DNA from: Priapulus caudatus
Taxonomy: Eukaryota
Length of the DNA: 49,857 nucleotides
NCBI RefSeq assembly: GCF_000485595.1
Contig: NW_014577074.1
Location: 1,191,732 to 1,241,588, forward strand
Reading direction: 5' to 3'
This document shows, piece after piece, positions 23,641 to 37,628 of this stretch. Numbering within the stretch: position 1 is the stretch's first letter; every line of letters begins with the position of its first letter. Made by a program: the position numbers and the translations under genes. The notes beneath the pieces are model-generated. The model was not told the origin of the DNA. It saw only the letters and a list, made by a program, of their open reading frames with translations, and did not search any database.

Positions 23641-25724
23641 CTTAGAGTAATAAGCTTATTACTCCAAGATATAGCGTACACGTTACAACTACAAAGTGTG
23701 CGGTCATAGCACGTGGCACATAGCGGCACATAGTGGTTCTCACACAAGTACAATGTAGCAATAAACCGATACAATATAATACAATACAATATATAAAGAT
23801 AGAAACAAACAGACTTAGTACAGTGTAATAACGGTACTACGTATGCTTGTGGTAAATGTGTGGTTGTATTGTGGTAAGGATATGTTTGCGTGTGAGGGGA
23901 CAAATAGCAGCGTGAAAGCGTTTAATTTATTACTTCATTACTATTAGCTGGAGTGAATAATCCCAAAGAGATTATTTATTCCTGCTATTGGCATTGTATG
24001 TATATTTTTCCATGGTGCTACGTGTACTTTAATGTAAATAATATGTGGTAACGTACCCGTAACGTTCTGCAAGCAAGGTTATCACACTTTCTTGATCTGT
24101 GTTCATTGTGTGTGAAGTATCTCGTGTTGCCCAGTACTAGTATAATCCTAACCCTAACAATTGGTGTCTATACGCTTTCACGCCCCTGCCATAAAACTAC
24201 CTGGTATTTTCATTACCACATCTGTCTAACACTGGCTGATCGCTACTGGTCCAAATGACTAATATTACCAAATTAACGCGGACCTAGTATAGACTTCAGT
24301 GAAGTCACATCACGCGAACGTACGCCGGCGCGTGTTTTCTGTTGTTGTTTTGGGACTCGTGGTTCAAGTAGCGATCAAGCAAGCATCCAATGTAAAGAAT
24401 ATTCGTGCGCGCATGTAGGTGCATTTATGTTTACGTACGCATGTATATTCATTATGAGCCCGCGTCTACTCTTCTCGGAATGTAAACATGGCCATTCCCG
24501 TAATGACGTCAAAGGACACGCTATTTCTCCAATACTGCGTATCGCGGATAATAATGGGTATTTATCGATTTAGCAAAAGCTTTGTGCAGTCAAATGTGTT
24601 ATGCAGCGGCGCCCTACACGTGTGCTTGCGTACGTGCATTTATCCATGCCCGTACATAATAGTTTCGTCAGTAACTACGACACCAGAATTCGTGTAGCAT
24701 CTTTGATTTCGTCGCGATGATTGAAACGTCATCGCGTCTCTTTTAGATGTCACGCACGCGTTTTACGATAGTTGCAAGCACGATGCAAAAACTACAAGTG
24801 CAGCTGACCCTGGCACCTGTGTTGGTCATCGCGATCACACAGCTAAAACACGATTCTGCCAATCAGTATTTGCCGCTGTCATCGTCTACGTGTGCGCGGA
24901 CCCACGAAAAGAAGCAGTGGGCAAGTCCCAAGTATTGGATCCCGGGATCCCATGTAGGCCAGAGCCTACATTTTTCGGCAGTTGTGGAGCAGTCGATGCC
25001 ATATTTAGCGACTAAATGGGTCGACTTTCGCTGCAACTCTCGAAAGAATCGACCCATTTCCCTCATTCTGCACACGGGCGAGTCATGCGGCACGCATATC
25101 AGTATAAATGAACCATCTCTGAGCGGCGAGTGCTTCTGCTATGATCTGTTGTACTGTAGGCTGAGTGTAGCCAGACCACACTCGACTGTATAATGAATGG
25201 ACACATTTATGAGACTGACATCTTAAAAAAACATGCATAGATCTATCAATGCAGTATGCATGGGGCATTCATTGGTTTGGCGAGTGGAGTGATTAAAAAC
25301 GAGCCGTGCTTGAGGTGTTACCTAGAAAATGCATATAATTGTTCAGAAATTTGCTAATACGATTTAATAATGAGATTGTAATAACATTTGGAATAGGAAT
25401 CATAATAGCAGTGCATATTATTACAATTTTCACTGGTAAATGACACACAACTGAACACACAGTCAATAATGTACGTAACACTGGCTTTATATACACATTA
25501 TCTCCCATTATATGTACTCTTGACATTATACAACTTGGTGCTGTCTCTCTGTCTGTATGAGTCTGTCTGTATGTCGCTCTGTTTTATTTGGAAAGTACTA
25601 ATGAGTAAACTAGATTTATAGCTTTGGTGACCATTGATTACTTGGTTTTACAAATTAGTGACTCATTTAGCAGATCTTTGTGATGTCTTTAGCTGCTCTG
25701 ACTGAGTGTGGAAGTGCAGCTGAG

Positions 25725-25984
25725 AGGGTCTATGTCCCCCGGGGTACTGCCGGAACGTACCCTGGGTACGGTCCGGTATACCGGAACGTACCCTGGTACT
25801 ATCTAATATGCCGGACCGTACCTCGCCTACTCCACTAACGAGTCTAGGGAGTCGCCTACGCCTACTCCCTAACCCTAACCCTAATCCTAACCCTAACCAT
25901 ATCAAATAGTGACCAGGAACGTTCCGGTATACCGGACCGTACCCAGGGTACGTTCCGGCAGTACCCTGGGGGACATAGACCCTA
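25725..25984. mobile_element. MITE with ~70-bp TIRs and internal (CCCTAA)n
   Basis: agggtctatgtccccc..ggtacggtccggtataccggaacg inverted at the right end; ccctaaccctaaccctaa at ~25867-25898; possible 4-bp TSD tgag. Confidence 0.8.
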
Positions 25985-26512
25985 TGAGCGGAAGTGCACT
26001 CGTGCGTAGTTTTTTCAGTTATGCAGCCAGTATTAAAAAGCTTCATAGACTGCAGTTTGATATCACTATGATTGGCCCAATATTTGATCCAGATTGCCTC
26101 TAGCAAACCTGTCTGTGTCGTGGCCCATGTGAACAAAACAAGTTCACAAGTAAACATGTTCTGCTTTTTATTGCTCTGTGGTTGTTATGTTTTGGCACTT
26201 GCTGTTTGCTTGTGTCCTTATTTTGTTTATATGCCGGGCCACGCTATTATTATTTGCTGTGCCTATTGCCTGTGAAATCCAAATGGCATCTCGGATGTAA
26301 AACCGGATGCAACAAAGCTATGAAGTACTGTAAATCAGTGTCTATATATAGGCGTGCATGGCAGCAGAGGATAGTGAAGTTTCTTAAACCCTATTTCTAG
26401 ATCTATAACCGTGAAGCTAATCAACAGAACTTTTGTTACTTGATAGACTATTGCATGCAGTAGTACGGTATTGATTCAGTAATTTTCTGTTTATATAGCT
26501 TGGTGTCCGAGG

Positions 26513-26626
26513 ATGATTATGCACAGAGGAGTGAAACGCAGGCTTGAGGAGGAGCTACGAGAAGATGCCACTAGTTATTCTTGCACGATGCCACAGATTA
26601 TGTGCGTCAGTATGTGGAAGCTACAG
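26513..26626 (+). CDS. SERTA-domain protein (SERTAD/CDCA4/Taranis family), coding exon 1
   Basis: MIMHRGVKRRLEEE (cf. family N-terminal RGLKRK)..IMCVSMWKLQ; phase-0 donor cag|gtatat. Confidence 0.8.
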
Positions 26627-27192
26627 GTATATATACAAAAACTTGTGTTATCTGTATCTATTAGCGTAGCACCAGGACATGTGCTACATGTATGGCAGAT
26701 TTGTAGATTTGGCATTTTAATTTTCGAATCGAGTTTCTGTCATCTGGCCTTCCCGATCCGGGGGCTCTGTCACATCAAGCACCTTGATCCACATCTAGTT
26801 TAATTCTAGAAAGCATCAGTAAATGCAATCTTTTAACATCTGCAGTAAATTTTATAGTGAAGACCCAATTATCGATTATAAGTGAAAGTTGATCATTTGT
26901 TGCCACCGATTAGATAAACGATGATGAAAGTAAAAAATCAATAATTTATGTTAGTTTCTGGGATTAAGATCAGGGCTGAAAACTTTTATAGTGTTCGTTT
27001 ACCTCTTTTGTTATGCAAATTTAACTGAAAAAGTGCCATTTTGCATTTATCCTGACAGTATAATACAGTATTTATCCTGATATTTCCTGAAGATTTCGTT
27101 CTATATGACCGCATGCTGTAAAACAGTGTCATACTCTTCTTCTATTATGGACTCTTGATATGAAATAACATAACAATATATTTACATACTTG

Positions 27193-27224
<32 letters not shown>

Positions 27225-27425
27225 TGTGTGGATTATAATAGATTATCGATCGGATAGGTGTAGTTGTTAATTGATTATGACATTCCAGCTGATTCCCATC
27301 AGTAGAATTTGATGGAACACATCGATCGGACAGCTGTAATGGCACAACAAGTAACATGTATACATACTAGAACATAGAGGATTTTGATGTTTTGCGTATG
27401 AAAATTAATCAACGTTCATTTTCAG

Positions 27426-28334
27426 GGTGTTCAGTATGAGCCAGAGTCCAACTTGCTGCGTTCTGTACTGATCTGCAACACACTCAAGCACATCGAGCGT
27501 GAGGTAGAGACGTTGACAGTCATTGAGTCGACTCCACACTTCCCGCCAAGGCTACCCTACGGTAACATTAGATCACCTGCAATGCAGGATCGCATAACGG
27601 CGGCAGCAGACATGGAGGAAAGTGCCGAGGATGGCAGTGATAGGCCATTTTCGTGGTCAGAAGATTCGTGGTGTGGTGGACCATCGGGTGGTGACAAAGA
27701 AACTAGTCTTGACGTTGGCAGAGAACGTGAAGTCCCATCGTTATTACCCCAACTGGAAAGTACTAAACAGTTTAATCTTACCAAGGTGGTGAATCACCAG
27801 ATACTCAGTAATGGTTGTCAATTTCTGTCTGTTCCTGCCTTGAAAGCAGACGACGGGAAAGAGGGAGCCGCGCCACATTTGAATCAGGGTAATTGTGATC
27901 TGCCAACAATCTGCTACAGCTGCGTCTCTCCCAGTATCACAGTGCAAGGTGGTTTGTCTAGCTGCAGTACCCTGACGGACTCGGTAAATTGCCGTAGCAG
28001 TACTGACTCGTGTGGGGCTATCACATCAGTCGTGGCCAACAGAGTAGTAGTTCCAGGGTCGACTTTGACGTCAGGCGAAGAGGACAAACCACTGTTGACA
28101 CTGCAATGGCCCTCCTCAGTCGATTTTTCGTCGAAGTCACTAATGAACTTCGGTGACCTTGACATGTCCTTGTATGACTATGATGCGAGCCTTCCCAGCC
28201 TGTCTCCAACAAAGTCTTCAGCATTGAGTGTAGAAGAGCTGTTTTCTGTTCCCTATGTTAACTGTCGTGGGAGTGAGAACCCGATCGATGACTTGGAGAC
28301 AATATGGCAGCTGCTTGTCGGAGGGATGGCTTGA
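27426..28334 (+). CDS. SERTA-domain protein, coding exon 2
   Basis: Acceptor ttttcag; ESNLLRSVLICNTLKHIERE (SERTA core); C-terminal DDLETIWQLLVG resembles the family (E/D)LDHIMEILVG end. Confidence 0.85.
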   Translation, partial: GVQYEPESNLLRSVLICNTLKHIEREVETLTVIESTPHFPPRLPYGNIRSPAMQDRITAAADMEESAEDGSDRPFSWSEDSWCGGPSGGDKETSLDVGREREVPSLLPQLESTKQFNLTKVVNHQILSNGCQFLSVPALKADDGKEGAAPHLNQGNCDLPTICYSCVSPSITVQGGLSSCSTLTDSVNCRSSTDSCGAITSVVANRVVVPGSTLTSGEEDKPLLTLQWPSSVDFSSKSLMNFGDLDMSLYDYDASLPSLSPTKSSALSVEELFSVPYVNCRGSENPIDDLETIWQLLVGGMA

Positions 28335-28476
28335 GTTCTAGGTATGGACATAATCTGAAAAGGACTTCACAGATACAGCTTTATATCTACGACTAAACTG
28401 TACCTTAATGTAAATTTGTGTGTGATAAGATTGTTAGGTTGTTTTTTTTCTTCAGAGATATATAATAATAGTGTGT

Positions 28477-28480
<4 letters not shown>

Positions 28481-28554
<74 letters not shown>
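28481..28554. repeat. (GA)n microsatellite in 3'UTR
   Basis: Direct reading. Confidence 0.95.
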
Positions 28555-28557
<3 letters not shown>

Positions 28558-30744
28558 TGGAAGTAAAAGCAAGCAAGCAACCAAATGACGGCATATATGT
28601 CATGCCATGGTATGGTCTGCATGGGGCTGGTCCAGAAAGTTGTACGCTTGCCATGACCTGACCAGCTCAGTAACAAACTAACAATATTATGGACTCACTC
28701 ATATTTTTTTAGCTTTTCTCTTATAGCTTTTCTTTTAGGAACAAAAAACCGTTTTGACTACCAATCCAGTCTCATGGCATGGGTCACAGTAACGAGACAA
28801 TTTATTTGGACCAGCCAAAGTTGGGTATTTCTGAAAGTGACTGTCAGAACTGAATTAATTATTCAAATGTTTGAAGTGTTCATAGAATGCGCCCCTGTTA
28901 TTTTCAAAGCATGAAGTAGCCCTGTGAATTGGTATATTATATTTGCTATATATTATTTATTGTGTAAATCTAACATGCACATGGAATGAGGTGTTTGCGT
29001 GAATGTTGTCTTTCTATGAAAGTTATTTATATAGTTTTTATATATATATGTAATATTAAGAAATGTTATTATTACTACTGGTAAGAGTATATGTGCACTG
29101 TTATATGTAATGACCAACTGCATGGCTAATACCAATTAGATTTTGGTAGGCACACCTAATTGCCCACTCGAAAATAGCTGGCATTACAAAAGCAGTGGAT
29201 TCTCCGCACAAATCAATAGCGAAAGAGACTATCGGATGTTAATTTTGAAAATGGGGTAATTCCTAGTTTGATTCCAAGGTAATGATTTTCGTCACGTGAG
29301 TGCGATTATATGTAAAATGGTCACGTATAATTACTGCTAATGAGACTCATAGTCTTCCTCATGTTATATTTCATAACATGGGTGCATAAAGTTCGACTTG
29401 ATTTCGAATAGAAAAAAAGTTATTGCGATAATCACTGAATGATATTTGAGGGGTGGGGGTGAACTGACTTCATGAATCACTGATAAGCAACCACATGTTT
29501 TAGCCACAGGAATTTTTGCACTTAGTCGGGGGAAGGGAAGTTAGAAGGGGTGGTGGCACTAAATGCGATAGGTGTAGTGATTTCTCATCCGGGTGTTCTG
29601 TGAGAGAGGAAAGACGCGTCATATGCTGAGTAAGTCTCAGACAGTATTAGAAACGTGACGCATATATATGCAGGCTGCAGCAGTATCCAGTATGGGCGGT
29701 TAACTCATTCTGATTCAATCCCTGACTAGCGTACAGTGTGAGTGATACTTCGTCTCCCATAATGATAATTATATATAGGAGTTAGTGTGAGAGCTCCCTC
29801 CAAAGGAACTTTAATTATAATCAGGAGGTTCAAATATGAATAATTGTAATATTATTATGTTGGGGTGCAGTCCCATAATAGTAACAAATTACGGGATGGA
29901 GGCGTTTGATCATGCATATATTGATGAGCTCTGAGAGCTATATATAAATGTATACGTCAAAAATTTGAACCGCACGTGCCACAAAATAGGCGCGGATGAA
30001 TTTTTGAAAGGTTTTTCATAATACACTATAGCTCCTACACATAACTTCTCTCATCGCATCTGTGAATTGCAGTTTTCTACAAATCACCGTAATGTAATTC
30101 AATTGGACTTTGTACTATATTTTAAGAAGTACGTGGCACTTATAGTGGCAGATAAATGTTAGTTGTTGACACAATATATGTGGTAGTCATGATTATACAC
30201 ATAGGCTGATAGTGCTCAATACAGAAGTAAAATGTACTTGTATATAAAATGAATTTAGGATTAGTGCAGTCCTGCTATATTTAAAGTTGAAATGGAAATG
30301 AACGTGTTTATTACATACGTGTTATTACATATAGTTATATACATTTTGAGTTGGATAAAAGTCGGTTAACTTTATAGGGGTAATAGCTGCTTCCTATGGC
30401 TTTTGCTGATTAGTGATAGCTCCCACCCACTTCACGCAGACAAACGCCAACCGAATTTCTTTCGTACTACATGTATTATCGATTTAAAAGGCACGTAACT
30501 AACCGTCCCTAACAAATGTTTTCATATGTTAATTTATCGAAATGTCAAAAATAATGAACCGTGTGGCCGGTTTTTGTCCATTAGACGACGTCATACGTGG
30601 ATTCATCAGATAATCTATGTATATCAGTAATCTAATATCGTGATGATAAAATCTGTACTGCTATATTGCCACTTCATTCTAATTTTCAACTAGATATATA
30701 GAATCATAACACTGTCCACGCCAAGTTAACCTTAATACTGCCCG

Positions 30745-31470
30745 TAGGGTCTATGTCTCCCTGGGTACTGCCGGAACGTACCCTGGGTACGGTCCGGTAT
30801 ACCGGAACCACAGGCACTTGGGACAGAGTCAGTAAAAACTGAAAATAATATGAACGCACATTCACAAATCGTACCCCTTTGTTACAGTTCCACTGTTGCG
30901 ACACTGTATATCAACTTTGCTTCATAAAAACCTATGTAAAAACTAACGCCGAACGCTCCCGCACTCGCCGCTGCGAGTGTGCTGTGACGCTAATCGCTAT
31001 GATGATAATATATATATATATATAGAGTATTATCATATATATATGTATTATATATATATACATATATATATACTACTCTATATACTAATCTATATACTAC
31101 TCTATATACTACTCTATACATACTATATATATATATTATCAGGATATTATCATCATAGCGTCACAGCACACTCGCAGCGGCGAGTGCGGGAGCGTTCGGC
31201 GTTAGTTTTTACCAAAGTTTTTATGAAGGAAAGTTGATATACAGTGTCGCAACAGTGGAACTGTAACAGAGGGGTACGGTAGTAGGGCCTATTTGTGAAT
31301 GTGTGTTCATATTATTTTCAGTTTTTACTGACTCTGTCCCAAGTGCCTGTGACCGGAATATACCCTGGTACTATCTAGTATCTAATATGCCGGACCGTAC
31401 CTCGCCTACTCCACTAACGAGTCTATAGACTATAGGGAGTCGCCTACGCCTACTCCCTAACCCTAACCCT
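30745..31470. mobile_element. Second copy of the CCCTAA-containing MITE, interrupted and right-truncated
   Basis: 30745-30808 and 31352-31470 match 25725-25880. Confidence 0.8.
30809..31351. mobile_element. Long-TIR (~200 bp) non-autonomous element, CACAGGCACTTGG termini, 8-bp TSD (P- or hAT-like)
   Basis: Arms 30809-~31010 and ~31146-31351 are inverted; TA-rich centre; flanks accggaac / accggaat. Confidence 0.85.
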
Positions 31471-34400
31471 ACTGCTTAGTATTGCTAATGCTAAATTTCT
31501 CTAAAAGGTCATACGATTGTCCTGAAGTTATAGCAAAAATATCAGATATAAATATCTATGATTATCATTAGTTGCTGGTGCAGTCGCACATCTACAAACA
31601 GCCCCTCGCGCCACCATCGAGGCCTTCCATGCTTTTCCAGCACTGCCCCTGTGTTCCTCTAATCTCGATTTATTAGTTTCTGTGTGCGCAGTAGCTGCTA
31701 ATCGTACGAATATACGAACGTACGAATGCTGGCGTGCACGCAGATTCATAAACTCGGCGACGAGAACACATTTTTATAACAGAAATAACTAAATCAGTAG
31801 GCAAGTTCTTGTTATATGCAAAATCATCACCCCCTAAATCACATCGCATTGCGCAATCGCTAACGATATCGTCATTTATACACACATTTTCTGCGGAATA
31901 ATCAGGTTCTATCTGGTCTTGCAATATTCGATCGCTGTTCCTTCCCCCCCGCCCTAGCTAGCGCACGCTTCGTGACCTTTTGCGCCAGCTGGTGGAATCC
32001 AAAGGCCGCTGTGTTACCTTGCTATTTTCGTGACGCACTCGGATAGTTTTTGGATGACTCGTAGTTCACCGCCGTCGTGAGCAAGCGACAGCAACATATA
32101 TACTGTACACCCGCGGCGTGTTTGCGCGAAAGATGTACCCTGCGTATCATCGGTTCGGGGGAGGGTTAACGTGTGATTGATTGTAGTGGAAAGAGAGAGA
32201 TACCCGCGCGCGAGAGAAAGTGCTCATTTATGGGTCAAAAAACGCGTAGGTGAAAGTGAACCCTGTGCGTCGCTGCTCGAGTCCAGTAGAATGGAGCTTG
32301 CCACACAGCGCAGACGGTCGAACACGCGAGAGAATGCAAACAATGGATTTAGGTTTTTGGGGCATTGAAAATTACGGCACAGCACTCCGCGTTGGCCCCA
32401 TTTCTGTCGCTGGTTTTGGTTTTCGTGAAGGTCTGTACAGTGGTGAAGGTAAATGGATGACCATGTGCAGTTCCTTGAGTTGGCATTGGTTCACCTTTGC
32501 TATCACAAACCTTGTCGCACGACTTTGTTGGTCTGTTTGCAAATCACTATGTAGTTAACCTTGCAGGGTCTTGAATTTTGTCACCCAAACGTGTATGACT
32601 TGACAGTGCCCATGAATGCGCGTAGTGTTTTACGAAAATGTAGTCAATAGTGTGCTGCGATACATGCCTGCTTGGCGGATCACAAAATAATTATGTGACT
32701 ATGGAAGCATGCAAGCATTAAACATACGTTTTGTGGAAGGATCGAAGCAAAACTACAACGTAATGTAATTCCTAATTTCGTAGAACCTATAGGATCAATT
32801 CGTATTTTCGCCGTAGTAGAGCAACAAGGTATAACTATTATCTTCAATATTGTGGTTATACCAGTCTCGGGCTTTGCTGAAGCCATGTGGTATGATCGAG
32901 GGTTGAATGATGTCATCAGACGGTGACCTTAACTTGCATGTACTCTCTTTCACAATACTGATTAGTGTCCACGTGTATGTAAGCTACTGGTGTCACAGTA
33001 AACACGCCAGAAGTACGTATATCATAACAGATTTGCTATAATATGCTATGAATCTTATGATCGATATAATATGGTAAGATCTACATCTGTTATCTATTAT
33101 AACGCGCTCCTAAACCTATGTACGTGGCAAGTCAATATAAAAAAGTTCAGGGTAACACTCTTGCATTGTTGAGTAGTACGGATAAAAGTTAGGGGCCAGA
33201 CGTGATGCGGCCATGATGCCGAGGCGCGCCGAGGATTGACACTGTGTCTTAACCAATCACAGCCTACGCCACACCAGTCTTTTATATTTTTAAAGATGGG
33301 GACCCATTGGACCACCAAATCGCCGATCTCAGGAACTAGGGCATTCTGCTATGTTAGAACGGTTTCCTACGATAGAGTTTGCAACAAATACGAAAATAAG
33401 TTAACACACTGTTTAGCGCAATGCGCTACGTCCCTCTGTTGCATTTTCGCATCTCCGTAATCAGAATAAGCCCCGCCTTCTTCGTTGATGGACATGAACG
33501 GGGCATCACCGACGTGACCAGTTACTGTACCTACTGTGTTCCGCCAGCCTGTTTACTTTTCGTAAATAATGAAATGGCCAGCAAATTGAAATGAAGTGGA
33601 AAATTTTCTGCATTTTCACTCGCTGTCGGAAGTGAACGAGTGCGTCATTCATTGAACATTGAAGTTTTTCTTCAAATTAAATAATTCCGAAAATTCCTAA
33701 CCGCGCTACTCGATTGTTTTTGCCAATGAACGTAGCTGTGTGTGTGACGTCTTGCCCGCGCGCTTTATGCTTGGCTTAGCAGGCTATTACCGTATATATG
33801 TTTCACATACGTTCACCTATTTTGCACACAGGCGGTCGATCATTGTGAAAAATTGTGTGAATATTTATTTTTATTGAGACGTTCCAAGTGCCTGTGCTTT
33901 CAACAGTCTTGTACGTCAATGCACGTGCGTCAAGAGCCACAAACTCAACACAATTTCATCTCTGTTATTGTTTACGCCTGAATGCGTGATTGATCAGGGA
34001 GGGGGTGCATGTAAGAGGGAGACATTTTCTTTGGGGTTCCGAAAAACACAATTCCACTTGACAATTTCATGGCCCATTTCAATTGGAAGCTCTGCATAAT
34101 GGACCCCCAACAAGCCCTTTGACTGACTAGTCAAGAAATTCAAAGGTCTGTATATTGCTCTTATTTAGCCGCCGATAGTTTGTATTTAGAACAAAGTCTT
34201 CATTGTTATCTTTTAAAACTACAGACCATCCGCTGACCGCTGTAGAGACGTGCGCCGGGCCTCGAATTTGGCGCACGTCTCCTGCGGACAGCGCTTCATA
34301 CTTGAACATCCCCGCGGTCGCGTGCGCATATCCCGCAGAACTGCGCGTCTCATCCGCGCGCAGCTTTCAGGATCAACAGAAAAGCTGTGCCACGCAATCT

Positions 34401-34916
34401 TGTATCATGTCTCTCTGGATTTAGCAGTGAATGTGGAATATAAAATAAGAGCATACGTAATTCTCTTGTTGCTATTGTTGACTGGCAGTATACTATATAT
34501 AGTACACAGTATCCCGTCTCGTTCATGCATGGTCAGTTCTGTATTTTATACATACCAGTTGGTCACTGTTTTGAACCCTCTTACCCACATTGCATTACTG
34601 AAATTTTTGGAATTGATTCAATATAGTTGTCTATGACTTGTCATGCAATTGAAATTGTACGTATCTAAAATTGGGTGTGTGTAATGTTTCATCGCCGTGC
34701 CACAATAAGATTGTTATATATTCATAAGGAAGCTTTTAAAGAAAATAAACCAGAGTTTCAAGTAAAAATGTGTATAGTCATCATATGTTTTGATCGTTGT
34801 GAATTTTCTTATGTAGATGACTCTTCTACATCTACATCCACGAGTAACCCCTACTGGTACCAGCGATTGTCCGACACAGGGGGTAACGTCTCTGCCGGAG
34901 GTGGGGGGGGGGTAAA

Positions 34917-35525
34917 CTTACATTGCAAGTAGGGACCTAAAACTAGGCTATCCAATTTTCCCAAAATTTCAATATTTAAAATGCCATATTTAGCGTTTTA
35001 ACAGGAAATAATTGTTATATCTCTATTGACATATTGTAATACATATATCACATACACATATAAATCAGACCTTCATCCTACTGATTGTTTTCACAAGTTA
35101 CTGTGATTAGCATAGCACTACAAATGAAACACGACTGCAATTTCTTTCATAGATCGGTCCCCGGCGAGTTACTTTTTTCCTGTCGGGGCTGGGGAGAGTT
35201 GTAGCCCCCCACCACAACGTCCCTGTAGCTTTGTAATTTGCACAAGCGGTTTGTCACTAGGTCTGCCTGACCACAGACATGGTCTAAGAAATAGTCAGAT
35301 AAAGCTGAGCTGATGCCCGAGGCTGTACCGACTCTTCATGCAGGAGCAATGCGCAGTGTAGGTGTTGCTTATCTTGCTTATCGCTTTCTCGTGATTTGTG
35401 TGGCCTGCTAGATTATATCCAGGAAGTGGCGCCGGATTCGAAATGGGTAATGAGCGGTGCAATTTCACGGTATCAGGTCACCGACTGAGCGTTTTACTAA
35501 AGAAGTTCTCGGTAGAAGTTGGTTG
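34917..35525 (+). repeat. ~600-bp direct repeat, copy A
   Basis: Matches 37032-37628 (aaactaggctatcca..gtaatttgcacaagcggtttgtcactaggtctgcctgaccacagacatggtcta..gtagaagttggttg) with many small indels. Confidence 0.85.
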
Positions 35526-35544
35526 AATTTCACACAATACGTAC

Positions 35545-35934
35545 AGGCCGTAGCCAGGGGGGGTCGGTGACGACCCAAGCAAAATTTTTGTTTTGAATTT
35601 GCAAGAATTTACTTCAGGTCGTCATTTGGTGTAATTATTGCAAATCTCATCGTGGAGGGTGATCGTGAACACCTCCTACACCCTCCCCCGCTCGGTGCTT
35701 GGCTCCCTGCCTGGTCGCGTTCGCGCCGGCAGGGCGTGTGCAGGGGGGGTCAAAGGTCGGACCCCCCCCCTGCTCGCGATGAAAAGCATCTGAGGGGGGT
35801 ATTAAAAAGTTTTTGACCCCTTGCGTGTGAACTTTGGGTACGGGTTAGAACACCGCTAGCTGTACAATCTGTACACGCCCTGCCGAGCAAAGTTGCAAAT
35901 TGAAAAACGTCCCCCATTATGTGGTACGGGCCTG
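35545..35934. mobile_element. Nested hAT-like MITE remnants
   Basis: Outer ends caggccgtagcc / ggtacgggcctg; inner ends cagggcgtgtgcag / ctgtacacgccctg (35729-35882); TSDs not clear. Confidence 0.45.
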
Positions 35935-36359
35935 CAGTTAGAGTACAAAGTGCCGCGGAACGACGGGCGCTATTAACGTTCTACTGGCGGTGATCTGTGG
36001 TGAGTGGTGGGATTCTAGTAAAGCTGTTGTCAAATGTGTTACTACGCCCGAACAGTGGAGGCAGGGGATGGTATCGGGACTATCTCAAGGAATGTCGTTG
36101 GGCGTGTTATGAAGTTGCCATGAGATGGGCGCATATTTAAGTGTATTAGATTAATGATGGAAGTCCCCTGTACGTAGTTGACATTTTGACATGATGTAAG
36201 CATCTCCATTTTAGCAAGTACAGGTTGAATGAAGCTGCCCTGTAGTATATTAAGCAGGCCAAAATCTTCCACCGAGTCTATCACCCTTATACATGTGGCA
36301 GTGGACTAGTTACTGTACAACTGACGTAGCGAATGCATGATTATACGATTTAAGGGCAT

Positions 36360-36954
36360 ACTTGCTTCAACCAAGTTAGTTTAGAAATTTACTGTGAATT
36401 GCGCCTCTCATCCAGGCATGTATTGATTTACTAGCAACACGGCAGTCAAATTCTTTCTAGACAGTAAAATAATCTGTTTACCCTCGTCTTGAGGGTCAAA
36501 AGTTATCGACACTTATCCTTCGCTGTCAGCAAAGTACATTTTGGTCTTTCAATAAGCTAAATTTTAGGTCACGCTGAACAAAAGTTTTCATCGTCGTAGC
36601 ATGTTCGTAGTGTCTATCTTGCCTTGTGCCCATTACTTTGACTGTGTCTTCGCATGTCCCGCAAGGGGATGGCTTTTCCCTACCATGATGCTATACCGAC
36701 TATCACGAGCCTGGTGAGGTGTTTAGATTTGCTGCGCATTCTGCTTTCTCCTATTACTTAAGTTAGGGGGTGTTCTCCCGTTTTTACACCTCTTGACCTT
36801 GGACCAGGCTTCGACATTTCCAACTCGTTTTGGATTACCACCCCCCCGTCGAATATACGTACGTACGTCGGGGTTGATTTGGTGCAATGTGACGGAGGAC
36901 GCGGCGATCATTGCGATTTACAAGCTGCATCTGCTGACGTTCAGATGAGCTAAA
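36360..36954 (-). mobile_element. HINE copy 4 (5' part, degenerate)
   Basis: Reverse complement of the HINE 5' module, ending cagatgagctaaaa at 36942-36955. Confidence 0.75.
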
Positions 36955-37031
36955 ATCAGACACCTGGGAATTGGACTTTCGATCTCACTTTTTAATTGGC
37001 GGTTTTGTGTTGGCAGTGATATCTGTTTGTT

Positions 37032-37628
37032 CTTACATGCACGTAGGGATAAACTAGGCTATCCAGTTTTTCCCCAATTTCATTTAGAAATTGATATTTA
37101 GGTTTTACAGAATGTATTGTTATAATTCTATTGACATATTGTATGACATATATACATACACATATAAATCAGACTTATCTATGTTGTTTTCAAAGTTCTG
37201 TGATTGTAGATACAAATGAGACGACTGCATTTTTTATGATCGGTCCCGGCGAGTTACTTTTTTTCCTGTCGGGGTGGGGGATTGTAGCCCTCACACACGT
37301 CCTGTAAGCTTTGTAATTTGCACAAGCGGTTTGTCACTAGGTCTGCCTGACCACAGACATGGTCTACAGACAACTACGTCAGATGAACAGCATGAGCTGT
37401 GCCCCGAGGCTGTACCGACCTCTCTCATGCAGCGAGCCAAATGCGCAGGTAAGGTGTTAGCTATCTTGCTTATACGCATTCTCGAATGATTTGTGTGGCT
37501 GCATCAAATTACTGATCACAGAAGTGGCGACGGATTCGCAAATGCTAATGCACGCGGTGCAATTTCACGTATCAGGTCAAACGACTGAGCATTTCTACTA
37601 AAGAAGGTTCTAGAGTAGAAGTTGGTTG
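37032..37628 (+). repeat. ~600-bp direct repeat, copy B
   Basis: See 34917-35525. Confidence 0.85.

Noticed and set aside
24747..25193. 148-aa (+) and 76-aa (-) ORFs
   Set aside because: No recognisable domain or splice support; more likely CpG-rich upstream/UTR sequence of the SERTA gene.
25663..26157. 164-aa ORF with LGLGLGLG
   Set aside because: Translation of a palindromic MITE with (TTAGGG)n.
34815..34885. Possible small exon DDSSTSTSTSNPYWYQRLSDTG
   Set aside because: No partner exons or family match; cannot be supported.
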